A stretch of 63,892 bases of DNA, filler included, from Choristocarpus tenellus KU-1152 (lineage: Eukaryota > Protista > Phaeophyceae), in NCBI GenBank assembly GCA_964200185.2. It is 7 parts of 7 records of this genome, joined end to end, with 100 filler letters (N's around TTAATTAATTAA, not from the genome) between each part and the next. Parts side by side here need not be neighbours in the genome. Positions count along the whole stretch, not along the records: positions 27,358 to 32,076 come from CAXNAD020013353.1; positions 32,177 to 46,943 come from CAXNAD020001116.1; 5 more parts are not named here. One strand, 5' to 3'. A model generated the notes under the pieces. That model was not told the DNA's origin. It ran no database searches and was given only the letters and a program-made list of their open reading frames with translations. The translations under genes were made by a program, and so were the position numbers. Below are positions 27,610 through 40,699 of the stretch, piece by piece (within the stretch, counting starts at the first letter, position 1; the number at the start of each line of letters is the position of its first letter).

Positions 27610-29298
27610 ATTCTACCCCCACAGCCTTCCAAAACTCCATTCCAGCACAGTATTTCACCACATCCACCGGGGCATTCAGGGGGAGCTTGCCCGCCCTCTC
27701 AGCCTTTTCCTTGCTAAGATGGAGAATTTTGAAGGTGCTGTCGCCCTTGGACCCCAGTACTTCACCATAGACTGCGAAGAGGCTCTGTCAGACGTTCTCT
27801 AGTGTCTCCCAGGGGTATACATTGAACGCCTCCATTGTAGCCTCCACTAGCTCCTTTGTCTTGGTCACCCACACGTCTTCCTTCAGTTGGTTGCTGGATG
27901 GAACGAAATAATCCCAGGTCGTTAACGTTGAGGTCAGGCAAGCTGGCTGACTGGGTCTCCATGACAATGTCGTCCTCTCCTGCATCCTCGATTGGCTCCA
28001 TGATACCTCCCTTGGTGTGTGACTTTTCCCTGTCCGGCTGCATGAGGATGGTGTATCCTTCCAGTCTAGGCATCTGGGTGGTGATTGCCGGAAGGGCATC
28101 CTCAATCTCGAGCTTCTTATAACTCTCCCCGCCCACCGTGGCTGGCACAAGCACCTTGGTGTTCTTGGGACGGTGTTTGCTGGAGCGCTGAGCGGCCTTA
28201 GTGTTCATTGTTGGCCAGATCCCTATTGTCCCATTGGACTACATCTTGTTGGAGAGCTTGGTAGGGCAGACCACAGCGGCAAGGAACAACACCTTCGTAA
28301 TGCAAGGGGTATTCTGTGTCAGTGGGGGGTTGAGGGAGTCCTCAGTGGGGTGCAGGTACACACTTTGCCCATCTTTGAGGATGTAAAATCGCTTCTCTTC
28401 CACATGCACCCAGTCATATAGATCGCCCACTACTACCCCTCTTCCCCCCTCCTGTGCATATGGCTGATGATGAAACCCACTTTGTTGACTTTCTGCTGGT
28501 CTGAGAGGACTGGCTTAATCCACTGTTTCACCTTCTTCACCTTCTCGCACTTGCACAGATCCCATAATGAGGAAAGGGAAACCCCAGCTTTGACTGCCCA
28601 ATTCCCGAAGGATGTGGGGTGTACCAAAGGGACATCCCCAATGTCAAGGATACTTGTACAGCGGCCACATCACTCCTTACAACGTTGTACAAGGTCCATG
28701 CATTCATTGTGTGCAATCTGGTTATCATACTCCTTCAGATGACAGAACATGGTGATTGGGGAAAATCTAAAGTCCTCTGCGATGGCCTCCGCTGTTCCCT
28801 GAGCATCTAAGTCTCGCACCCTCTCACCTCCAGGCATCGTGCTACCACCCTGTTCTTTGTCGGCGTGTTTTAGTCTTGAGCCCGGGCAGACTTCTGGGCC
28901 AAAGAATTGGGACCGACAGGCGACAACGGAATGAGCTAGCCGCTCAAACGACGGGGGGCCTTTTTCCTCGGCATCCCAATAAACACCCTCTTTGACAGTT
29001 TCACGATGTATTTGAACCCTGTCAAATGCGACTTGGTCGAATTTGCACTGGCGACCCTCCGCGGTCATGGCAGCCCACCACCTCAAACTTAGCACGCCTC
29101 CCAATCTATATGAGAACTAAGCCTAATCCAGAGGGTTTATCTCGTGGGTCCTTCCCAGGCGAGAACAGACCTCGTAAAAGTTATGTTACATTTAATTCCC
29201 AAAATAGGAAATATGTATCTCAACCAAAGTGTTTATGGGAATTAACAAAAAATATAGGAACGCTTAATGCGTGTACGAAGTACGAAAGGGGCACAGGT
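27610..29298 (-). mobile_element. Decayed Tc1/mariner (DD39D, plant/oomycete-type) transposon; transposase pseudogene with frameshifts
   Basis: Fragments DWVHVEEKRFY, ITKVLFLAAVVCP, AAQRSSKHRPKNT, ILMQPDREKSH, PDLNVNDLGLFRSIQ, ELVEATMEAF match DD39D motifs (HIDEKWF, TKVMFLAAVARP, QQDNA..H, PDLNVLDLGFF). The ORF is split across frames. Probable terminus ...gtacgaaaggggcacagg|ta at 29298. Confidence 0.85.
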
Positions 29299-30016
29299 TA
29301 ATGCAAGTGCAGTACTGCCTTGACTCCTGCGCTAATCGATTGCTTTGTGAAGACTTTAGGAACTGAGGACGGAGGTGAGTTGAGTTATTACTGCGAAGTT
29401 TATGGCCGTTGAATTGGTTTATTGCAAAACAAAAGACAGTGGAAGTGGGGATAGTGGCAATTGCAGTGTTCCATGGTAGCAACAATGTTAGGGCATCAAA
29501 TATAAAAATAGACAAGCCGTGGTGTGGATTACAGGTGGAAGATAAAGCGAAGCACTCTAATGGACATGAAATGTCCTCAATTCACACCCTACAGAAATAC
29601 ACCTGAAACGTGATGATTGCTTATTTTTCGGGTAAGAGTAAGTTGTCCCATTCACGTCCAACAACATGGAAGACACTAAACAATAAACTTGTTGATGCCC
29701 ACACATACATTGATCAGAGTCCGTACCTTGATCTAAATTCTTATCATCAATCATCTCCACTCCATTATCGATCAGTTCCAACGCCTTTCATATTAATTAT
29801 CCAGCAAGATATCTTGATTAGGTTCATTTTCCATGACTAGTCAAACAACTATCCAAGTATCACCTTTGAAGTTGGCATCTACTGCAATCCCATGTCCCAT
29901 TACGACCTACAAACCCAGACACAAACCCTCATTTCGACCATAGGTTGAATGGTCCTAGTCACTGCCTATATCCTACGTTTACTTCTGGCCATGTTATTGG
30001 CCCACTCTATACACAG

Positions 30017-31459
30017 ACAATCTAACAGTTATTGTGGAGATGCATGGTGGTGACATATTGAAGTTTGCTGGTGATGCCATCATTGTCTGCTGGTCTTCTG
30101 GCAGCCAGAAGGTTTGTATGCATTCATGCAAGCATTTGCATGTCTGTTCACAGAAGTGTGGTGTTTCCCAAATGTTGACGGCGTTATTCAGCATGATTGG
30201 GGCCCATCCAAGTATACATTGCCCAAGGATCTGTGAATCGTGCTCTATGCACCAGTTTTACTGCACTTGATTCGCTTGATCATGGAGGCGGCCTGTTGAG
30301 GGTTTATCGGAACTTCTTCACACTATAATTTTGTTTCTCTGTGACCCTTAGCGCACGAAGTTACTTCTAGAGCTACAATATCCTTGAGATATCTCTTTGC
30401 CCTCGTTGGAAGATAACGAGAGGCCCCCAGTCAGTGTTGCAATTTATTTTAAGGATGCTCACAAATTTGTGCAAAATTAGGCTTTTAAGAAAAAAAAATA
30501 TGTATAGGATACTTCCTAAATTGCTTGTGAAAGGTTTTAACAATAGGGAAATTGACGCTCTCAAGTTGAACTTGGAAAATCATCCATACAGGAAATATGG
30601 GCAGATTGCAAAATAATAAGAAAATGGTCTTGAAACGCCACAAAGACCCAAAACCTGGATACCTATTGTTTACTTTGGCTTGATGCCCCCATGCAGTGCA
30701 GTTGCCATTGTTTCTGTTCCACTAGTTGCCAAAAGGGTTTAATTTTGTTGCCTGGGAGGACTGCGTCTGGAGTGTTTACTACAGTAGCACTAAGGAAAAT
30801 ATGTAGGTAACAATGCACCACCAGAAATAATTATTTTCTAAATCACGAAGGGCTCGGTGACGATCTTTCCTCTGCTTGCAAGATTTTCAGGAACTGGATA
30901 GGTTTTTTCCATGTTCTGCCATCTCTAGTGTTTGGACTTTTATTATACCTTTGCCTCTTGTTCTATTTCTATTAATATTATTATTAGTATTATTATTATT
31001 AGTAGTAGTATTATTGTTCCCTGCAACACACCCGAAGCACTTCGGGTGAGTGGCTTGTATAGTTCACCACCAACTCAACAACTCACATCAGCACAGTTTT
31101 ATTGTTTCTTTTACTTGCTTATTTTGTTCCTTCCCCTTTCGCCTTTTCTTGGAAATATCAGATCTCATTTACGCCTCCATTACCCCAGGGACATCCAAAA
31201 AAATGCATCATCAGTCACAAATTCTTGCTCTGCTGGTCTAATCTCTACCCAGTAGCTATCTGACCATCTTGCTGACCTCATGCCCATACCCTCACCTGCG
31301 GCATTAGTATGTTATATCCTGAATTTGTTGTGTTTGTGCCACATGGGAATCTCACCTTCCGAGCAGACAATGTACCAGGGGCACAAGAAGCACCTTGAGA
31401 TCCCGTGTCTGCAATCTGTCTTGTGTGCACGGGATGCTATGGCCATGTGCAAAGAAAAG
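30017..31459 (+). CDS. Class III nucleotidyl cyclase, soluble adenylyl cyclase (ADCY10)-like, two internal exons
   Basis: Exon ~30017/30029-30111 encodes IVEMHGGDILKFAGDAIIVCW (sAC-type GGDILKFAGDA motif); the next in-phase exon is 31367-31459 (..PCLQSVLCARDAMAMCKEK). Other exons not found. Confidence 0.7.
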
Positions 31460-32056
31460 GTATAGGCACCCTGGTTGTCCCACTTCACCATCCCTTCACC
31501 TGTGACCCATCTTGCATTCAATTCCAATGTATCTCACCCCACCCGGCCTTCTAGCCTCTATTGTGTCCTCAATCCTTGCCAATTGCTGCTCCAACACAAT
31601 GCATGCAACTGCTGTTGGCGCAGCCAGTCAGCTTTCCTAACTCCCTGGACTATTCACACAGATGAAGTAGTACTAGATTTGCTTGCCCCAAGCACGCCTT
31701 GTGCCATGCCGGTTCATTTGAGAAGAATGGTGGAAACAAGTGTGATGCTTGTTGAAAACATTGTCATGAGGTGCGAATCTATGCAGTGGTCAATAGTTGC
31801 AATGATATCAGGGTATCAGGTAGGATTTAAGCTAGACCAAGTGGTTGGGTCAGGGCTTGAGTTGAACGGATCATATCAGGGGTTTGTATGATGATTGTAA
31901 GACCTAGAATGAGGAAATCCTTGGTGTGCGACATGGAGCTACAGCTAGGAATTGAGTTGAGCTCTGAGATAGTATTGGGGTTAGAATTGAGGTTGGATCT
32001 GGGGCTTAATCTTGGTTCAACTTGACCAATAAATATTTGCAATGCAGTTCTCATCA

Positions 32057-32076
32057 GGCTCAAAGTATCTGGGGGG
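32057..32076 (+). mobile_element. MITE family B, 5' end truncated by contig end
   Basis: ggctcaaagtatctgggggg at the contig edge. Confidence 0.65.
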
Positions 32077-32176
32077 NNNNNNNNNNNNNNNNNNNNNNNN
32101 NNNNNNNNNNNNNNNNNNNNTTAATTAATTAANNNNNNNNNNNNNNNNNNNNNNNNNNNNNNNNNNNNNNNNNNNN

Positions 32177-32600
32177 GTGCTCATGCTATAATTCAGCCCC
32201 TTGGCGACCCATCATCATTGTCACCTGACGCACTGTGGATGACCAATTATCAGAGTTGATACTATGTATTGCGGCCATCTTGGTCGATGTGAGCTCTGAA
32301 GGCCGCCCACTACCTGCCGCCACCCCTAGGTCAAGCTTGTGGCCACAGGTGAGCTGGTTGGCGAAGTCCTCCCAGAGCCCTCGCATGTAACGCCCAAACA
32401 CTCCAAACTCCGCTATGAGGGCCAACCCAACATGTTGCGGCAGTTTATGCTCACCAGGGACCATCGTGAGGCTGTGCCCCAACCCTGGTATTCAGGGATA
32501 CTTGGGCACCCTTCCTACACGAGGGAGTCGGCAAAGGGGTTGCCATGTCAGCGTTCTGACCCTTGACGTGCCCAGTTCTGGTCTCATAATCACCCCAAAA
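32177..32600 (-). pseudogene. Possible decayed non-LTR retrotransposon C-terminal fragment
   Basis: ALIAEFGVFGRYMRGLWEDFANQL...W..VTMMMGRQGAEL loosely resembles the C-terminal restriction-like endonuclease tail of RLE-type LINEs; weak. Confidence 0.25.
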
Positions 32601-34836
32601 GACCCCTGCTTAGACGGCTTGAGGCACCTTGAGTTTGTACCTGATAATCCTCGACTCCCACCTTTTCTGAAAGCTGAGTTGTCAACCCGATTTCATTCTG
32701 TGGGGATATCGTCCGATTTGGCGTCATTCTTGCTAGTCAAGGGAAAATTTTTCGCGGCACAAACTTTATGCACAGAGGTACACAATTACTACATCTCAAA
32801 CAATTATAATATCAAAAATTTCCATATACTGGAGTACATTCCATGTGTAGAGCTATCCTCCATGGTTTCAAAAGAAATGAATGTTATCACAGGTCACAAT
32901 TGATTGAATGTCATAACGGCAGAGGAAACACCAAGGTAAAAGTTATAGGAGGAACACGTCCAAGGTAAAAGAGGTGAGGGAACTACGTCCGTTTGATCCT
33001 GTATTTTACAAAGAATGTGACCTCAGATTTACTGAGAATAATACACGTACTCGACACGTATGAATGGGGCACAATTATTAGAGTATCTATAGTCCCTGTT
33101 TCATGATGCTCCTAAAAGAACAATAAAACTGAATTGATTGCATCTTGACTTGAAGGTATATCTTGCTTGTGTACGTGCATGATCATGTGATGCCAACATT
33201 TGGCAGAGTTTACCTCCTCACAACACTAAGGCAACTTCCACGGACAAACAGAAGCAAAATCGTACATCAAGGGATATGTAACACAACATACAAATGAGCA
33301 AGGGTTTGGAAGTACAGCACAGAGAGGGGTAAAATATACAAAGCACAAAAAGCTACTAAAGTAATCCATATATTTCAGTGTATGATATGTTTAAAATAGA
33401 GCAAGGGTTAGAGTTAGGGATACAGAAACCCCTACAACTTACACCCACCCACTTTTATTCTATAAATTGTATGATACAGTGTGATATGCCTCATTTGATG
33501 CACTTGGTTGTGCACATTGAGATACACCTGTTCCACTAAAGAGGATGGACGAATAATCGCTCCAGATCAAAGGAAAAACCAAGGACTAATTTTTGTATTG
33601 TTGACCATTTTATCAGAGCATTCTAAACAAAGAGCTGAAGACTGGTCTCTACTTGCTCTTGCATCAGAGTGCACCAAAACATTGTAACAAAACACACAGA
33701 AGGCAACATGCCGCTCACTGGAGTAGATCAACAGTGCACCATACACTTTACATCAACATACGTAACTTCTGTGACTTGCAACTCCACAAGATGTTATCCT
33801 TTCCAATAGAACAATTCAGTCTCTTCAGAAATAACAATCAAGAACAAGAGTAAGATCAATTGGAGCAACGCTCTCTCCAACACCACTCACCCTCAGTCCA
33901 CCTCACTGAACACACAAAATACACTTCACAAAACAATGAAAAAATACAGCATCACACAACACACTCATACACTCAAAGAAACAAGCCATGCTCCAGTAAC
34001 GCGATGGCTTTTATAGCAACTAACACCATATACTTTAAAGTATGATGAAGGCAAGAAACACCAACCACCTCACATCAAATAGACAGCACAAAAAATCCCA
34101 CACATGCACAAAGAGGCAGGCATTACCACACGCCAAGCCAAGGCAGTACGTGCAGAATTTACCCTCAGGAACTCCATCCCCACAGCATTGACCCTGCAAC
34201 TCAGCTACTCTAGGATTCCATTGGCCCTACATTCCAAGGGTCCAACATTCCCTCCCCTATACAATATCTGTCCCATGGTGCCACACCACCTTCCAATTCC
34301 TTCAATCAGCCATAATCGCTTGCTTCATTGAAGTATTAGTTACAGTATGCAGCCATTTATTATCCATTTCTCCTGCCCCACCATATTTGAAGCACATCAA
34401 ACAAAGAAGAAAAACACATGCATGAACTAACCAAACACACCATATAATGGACAAAAAGACAATGTCAAAGTGGAAATTGTTGAAAGAAAGTTCCCTGGCA
34501 AGAACTGGATTTTTCTGTTGAACTGGTCATCACATAATTGCCAAAAATGACACTAAAAAGAAGCAAAGCACAATAGTATACATAAAAACAATACACACAG
34601 CTACCTAGACAGGCAGGCAAACAATACCAACCCTTAGTGCACACTTCACATGCAGAGAGTGAGCAAGCATACCACATGCTGGAAGAGTCGCAATGGCAGA
34701 GGTACAACTATACCAAACCTCATAACATCCCAGTGAAAGACAATGTATAACACACAAGCCAACAGATAGACCCACAACATAGCTAGCCCTTACACAATGA
34801 ATTTTTCCTTTCCAAGTGATCAACCCTTCAAGGTTT

Positions 34837-37800
34837 TCATGGTATTGGGGGATCACCTGGGCGGCGATGCGGCCGGGGGTATTTGGATCTGGTGTTAAAA
34901 GTAACTTGATCAGCAACAGGTGAAGGGTCAGCGGTATGTGGTGTTGTTGATTCCACTGATTCCACTGTTCTGTTGCAAAAAGAATCTCGTCCTCTCAGAG
35001 AGAAAGCACCAGCCTCCTCTAAACGCCGCAAAGTGATCCTGACTCGCTGAGGTCCAGCCGCTTCATCCTGGAGGGCTTTGTGCAGGACAGCATAGGCTCT
35101 GCGGCTGTGGACAAGACCAAACTTCCTGGCAAACAATGGACCACTCTCCTGACAATAAAATTAAAAACGGGGTTCATGTTTATGGTCACAGTATGTGGGT
35201 TGGAATCAAACCCTCTAAGGGGCAACAACCAAGCAAGTCAACAACTCTGGGGAAAAAAATAATTGGGTTGCGCTATAGCCAGCAATACAGAAAGTATGAA
35301 TTTGGAGGAAACTGACAATGGATATTGGGCCAGGCTTACACCACCAGTGATACTTCATGGAATCATACCCACCAGCCATTCAATATCTGATTTCACACAA
35401 AAAATAACCACCCACCACATTGTGGGGCAAATCAACATCACTAAATTCAGCTCATGATAAAGTCAAATATCAAACTAGGCATAGCCCTGCCTCTCTAACC
35501 TCAACACAATGGGGCATTGCTATCCTTGGGGAGTCAAGCATATTCTAGGTATCCAAATCTGTAGCTGTCATGATATGATATCACAGACATGTTGGTGGTG
35601 GAAAAACTAAGTACCCCGACTGTGGTCAGCATTAAATAGCAATGTATCTGTAGCTGTTGCATAGCATAAATAGCAATGCGTGTTGACACTACAAATGCTT
35701 AACGTTTAGGGCATGAACCAATGAGCACACAGCAGCAACAAGAGAGAATTCAAACAGGATATCAGCAGACCTCCAAATGTTGGAACACACCCACATTTTC
35801 TTGTTTCCACCAAGATGCACTGCACTATCAGCTCCTACCTTACCAGGCCCCATTCTAGTTCAGTATCTGATTAAAAAAATAGAGGTATAGCAGAACAAGA
35901 GTTTTTTACAGGGACTTCTGGGGGGAAGAGGTAGAGCAGGTTTCACCTGAATCTGATGCATGTTCTCAATAGTTATATCTTGTGGATGAAGCAGCAACTG
36001 TCCATTCTTGTCGACTCTTCTTCCATTTTCCCAATGATCCTCGTTCCACGCAGTGTGTCGAAGACAGTCACCATGTATTGGGAAATCTTGTGCCTGCATC
36101 ACAGTCGTTGGTGTTTACAAGGATAGTGTAAACATCAATGGTGCATACTGATAAAAAAATATAATTTTGTACTTGAGTTAGAGTTCAGGTTTTACAAAAA
36201 GAAAGTCAGATCTTGCCAAGTACGTATGATAAACCCTGTGATTCTACTTACTGCAGTTGTCGAAAGGAATATAGTATAACCATCAAAACACTATTGAACT
36301 AACAAAGCCCATGTGTTGATCAGTCTATTTTATTTATAAGAAAGCGGAGGCAGGTCTTGTCAACAGAATCAGAAAACTTCAGATGAAAAACATTGTCCTG
36401 AGAGTGTACAGGAGAACATCAACCCATCACTCAAAAAATGGCTGTCTGTCTGTCTTTCTTGTGTTCAACCATACTTAGGAAAGCAGGACGTCAAGAGAGC
36501 AGAACTAAACATAGCTGTAGCCAAACAGCAAACATAGCCACAATACACCACAGATGTCAGGCACGGCCGACACAGGGTAGGTCAAAAGGGAATGTCCACA
36601 AGGAACACATCTGGATGCTCTTGAAAACCAGGATCATATATATATATATATATATTTACTTTGATTTCACACCTGGGCTGGCTGTTCAACAACAACAGAA
36701 CGAACTCTAGATTTTTTGAGGGTGCATCAGACATACTCCTGAGTACAACAACAATTTCTTGTAAAATTTCTAAAAATATGTAAATATCAAGCAATCATTC
36801 ATTGTTGGCATGTTGGTATTGCAAAATACTCTAGAGTATGTGGACATAACCATTGACAAGATAGCATAAGCCACAAGATGAAGGCCCTAGGATATGCCTC
36901 CCAATGCCGTATCAAGAGTGACTACCTCAATACTATCAAGGATCAACAAACCCATCAAACTGAAATTTTCATTCCTCCCTCACTGTTGATATACCAGCAA
37001 CCAGGTACCCTCTCACTCAAGGCCATAGAATATTTCAATCAAAGGGCTCTACATTGGAAAGTTAGCAACAAACACCACCCTTTTAAAAACCATATCAATT
37101 TGTCTTGTGCAACACCTTACAGACTATAAGTGGGAAACCCATCGAGATCATACAGCAAGTCCCCCCCCACCCATCAAAAATGCCGTGGGAAAAGTGGACT
37201 CGCACATCTTGGTGCTATCAGAGGTGCATAAAGAGGGCATTTCAACAATCTTTGGAGAAAAAACCCTCCACTACCCAACCTGTTAAAGAAGATCCCACCA
37301 GTGAGATACAGGTTCATTGTGTTATGTTACTGGATTTAGTGTGACTACCTTAACCTTGGAAGTGTGTAGTTTCCAAGCCCTAACCCTAAAACCCTAACCT
37401 TCCTCTTGGTCTACATTACTCCAAGTTCTGAGCTTAACACAAAAAGCTACTCCAACAAAATGAGGGACAAGATGTTACCAACAGTGATCTCAACAATCGA
37501 ACCCTAACCCTAACCCCTGAGGGACTGGAACATCGCAACATCAACACCGTGAGAAAACTTCCTATGGAAGACTACATGTCAAAGAATCAACAAATGATCG
37601 AAAGAAGGATCTCACTCAGAAGAATTTGAATCTAGAAATATAAGTCAGGCCCAGGATATCATTGATTTGCAAAGTAAAACACATGATCATATTGTCTTAG
37701 CCCACCTGAGTTTCCTATCATAATCAAATTCAAATTCCATTCTATCTCAAATACCCATATCCAAATCCAAAGACCCTAATCTTCACCATGTCAACCTGAG

Positions 37801-40310
37801 AAACAAACCAATCACAAAACACATAGTCACCTCTGGGTGGCACGCTATTGTCTGGAAGTAGCTCTCGTCTGACACCCTCATCCCACTGAAGTACGCAATC
37901 AGACTGCGTGCAACATTATCAGGCGAAGAAGTCACATAACGGCAAAATGATCTGTGCAAAACCATCCAAAATTCTCCCTTGTAGACCTTGAACCTTTGGG
38001 GCTCTGGACGTTGCATGCTCAAGAGATCCATGGCCCCTAGTGTCTCTTCTCCTGGGGCCCGAAATAGGCCTTGGTCATCAACCATACCCTGTGATCACAT
38101 CAAGGACAGCAAGCCCAAGATCGATTAAGAACAGTGTCACTAGTACTGAAACTGAATTAAAGTTGTACCTAACCCTAGTCAGAAAAAAACACACAAAAAG
38201 CTAACTGCAAATCAGTGCAAGGTGTAAGGCGACTGCTAGCCATAATTCAAGCTGAACCAGCTATATCCTATACTTTCTCTATTTTTGTAAAAGTGACCAA
38301 CATACAAGCGTTTTACATAGAAAATGCAAGGACATGCACTACCTAACCAGACAGACAAGGATATTTTTTTGTGCGGTAGAGATCGTGCGTCTAGCATGTT
38401 TGCAAAAGTAAAAGATTTCCAACACCTTCGAACGGTAGGCATCATCCAGAGCTCAATGTGACGTTCTCTTTATGCTAGCAGATGTTAACCAACACATAAG
38501 AACTCTGTAACGCATGGAGCTCTCCTAAGTCTTGCCTTCAATCTTGTCTCGAAACCCTGCATCAGGGATCCCTCCATGAAACTGGTCTGTCTTGATATGA
38601 AGTGTCCCAGCACTTTAGACATATCTTCCTGGGTCATGACAGGGAAATCTGAGGAGCTAAGGTTGATGAAGTAGTCCCAATCGTTTGACCATTGCAGTGC
38701 AGCTGCAATCCCATACAGGCACGCTAGTGTCAGCGAGAAACCTCCCCACGTCACAGTCATTGTCGGTTCCAACATACGTCCATTCAAAGGGTGCCCTTCC
38801 CGTTCCCCGAAGTGTGCATTCACCAGGGCACGGATTTTTTCATGCTACAGATTTGTGTGCAGTTATACAGGTTGGGGCGTTTTGGGGCACGACGAAGAGT
38901 CATGGTGAGTGTTAGGACAAGGCATTGATACAATACTGTGACTCAAGTCAGTTCATCTTCAAAATGCCACCTACAAATACAGAAAACATTTCTTAAAGCT
39001 GGACTTTGGCGTTGTAGGGATAGTGCTAGGGTCAAGGTGACAATTAGGAAGAGGGTCAGGGATGGGGCTAAATAGAGAAGGATTGAGGGTTAGGGTTAGG
39101 GTTAGAACAATGAGGTATGGACCACAAATCTCTTCACTCTTCCTATAAAGCAATGTCCGCATATCAGAGTAGCACAAAACAATATGGGTGGGAAAAAGTT
39201 CATACATAGCAATATGGGCACTCCCTGGCTACCTTCAACTGGGAGAGTGACTGTGATACATGACAGATTACGGGATAATATGTAAAATATATATTGCATT
39301 TACGCCTGATTTTATAAGCACCCCTCAAACTGCGTCACTTAGAGGGAAAGAAGGACTAACGTTCTCCAGTAGTGCCTCTTTGTTCTTCTTGATTGGGTTC
39401 ATATGGGTGCAACTCTGGGTGAATGGTCTAATATAATCCAACCTACAGAAAGATGGTATATGTGTGGATTTGATGCATAACTGTCAAGAGGATATGGCAA
39501 AACACTTCATATCATTTCAAGATACAAGAGGCATCTACATTTATTCCCTTCGATCAAGATGACAATTACTGCTTGCGGCTAATTGAAAACCGTGTCTTCG
39601 GTCACGCGTACATGCTAGAATTAAAGAGACTAGGTTTGCTCCCTTTTCTGTTAAGACGTTACTTTTTTCAGAGTGTTGCAAACATAAGCACGGCATTTGA
39701 ATACAAGAGCAAGAATATGGTGCCTATTGCGCAAGTCTACCTGGAGCTATGATCAACGTGAGCATCGTGAGACAATCGATAAGGTATTTGAACCTGGTTG
39801 CCAAAGAGGGAAAAGAGACGTTAGGGAAGCGACTCTTGCCTGATCTGTAGGAGCCTTCTTGTCCACGTGGATAAGGTAGATATTATCTGGGTGATATATC
39901 TCAGAAAAGAGAAACTGCAACTTTCCTGCATCCAGTCCATTGGAGAGAACCAAATACGCAATTTTGGCCTTATTCTCCACCCTCACATTACTATCGTCCT
40001 CGCTCCCATCCAACCTCCTACTAGGGCTCAAGGGTAACTCCTCACCAATCTCGAACCTATGGTTTACAGCATCCCTTAAGAAGATAAGGTCAGATGTTTC
40101 TCCCGAGTCGCTCTGTCGTCCCTTTGCCCTGGCGGACTTGTCTGATCTGGGTTGGTCGTTACGAACATCGTAACGACTCCCCATCTCTGTCGATCGGAGA
40201 TGAGGATTTCGCCCGGGGAAACACAAGAGTGATGAGATCAGCAGGATGGAAAACAAAAGGGCACAGATAGCACTGCACTGAGAGCTCGGGGAACTGAGCC
40301 GGGAAAGCAT
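34837..40310 (-). CDS. Glycosyltransferase family 14 (core-2/I-branching beta-1,6-GlcNAc transferase / xylosyltransferase-like), type II membrane protein, 5 exons, complete
   Basis: Exons 40310-39840 (signal anchor; KIAYLVL..IYHPDNIYLIHVDKKA), 38844-38536 (VTWGGFSL..WDYFINLSSSDFP), 38088-37831 (YKGEFWMVLHRSFCRYV..SDESYFQT), 36093-35947, 35148-34837 (LFARKF, stop). Confidence 0.9.
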
Positions 40311-40699
40311 GTTTAATTCCAGCACTTTTTAGAAGCACAAGGTCAACCCTAGGTATCCCTAATGTCCAAGCTCTCCAGCATGCCCTCAGGCGCGACGAAG
40401 CCAAGATTTTTCCTGGCTAAGTTATAAAATCCCCTGTGGCAGTCCCAGAGACTAGGGGTGTGCTAACATGTCTACGAACAGAAACCCTAACAAAGTCACC
40501 ACAGTTTGAGGGTTAATGTGGAGAGTGGGTCCAGAGAGCCGGTGAAAATGGGGAGTTTCGTAACGGCAAGGTGAAGATCCCCGTATTAGAAGACGAAATT
40601 GGTGAGTTTTGTGGGAAAATGTTGGGGAAGGGAATTTTCTGCGTACGCCAAAACAGTGTGACAAAATTCGACTATGATGATCTTTGACATTTTGGAGAT

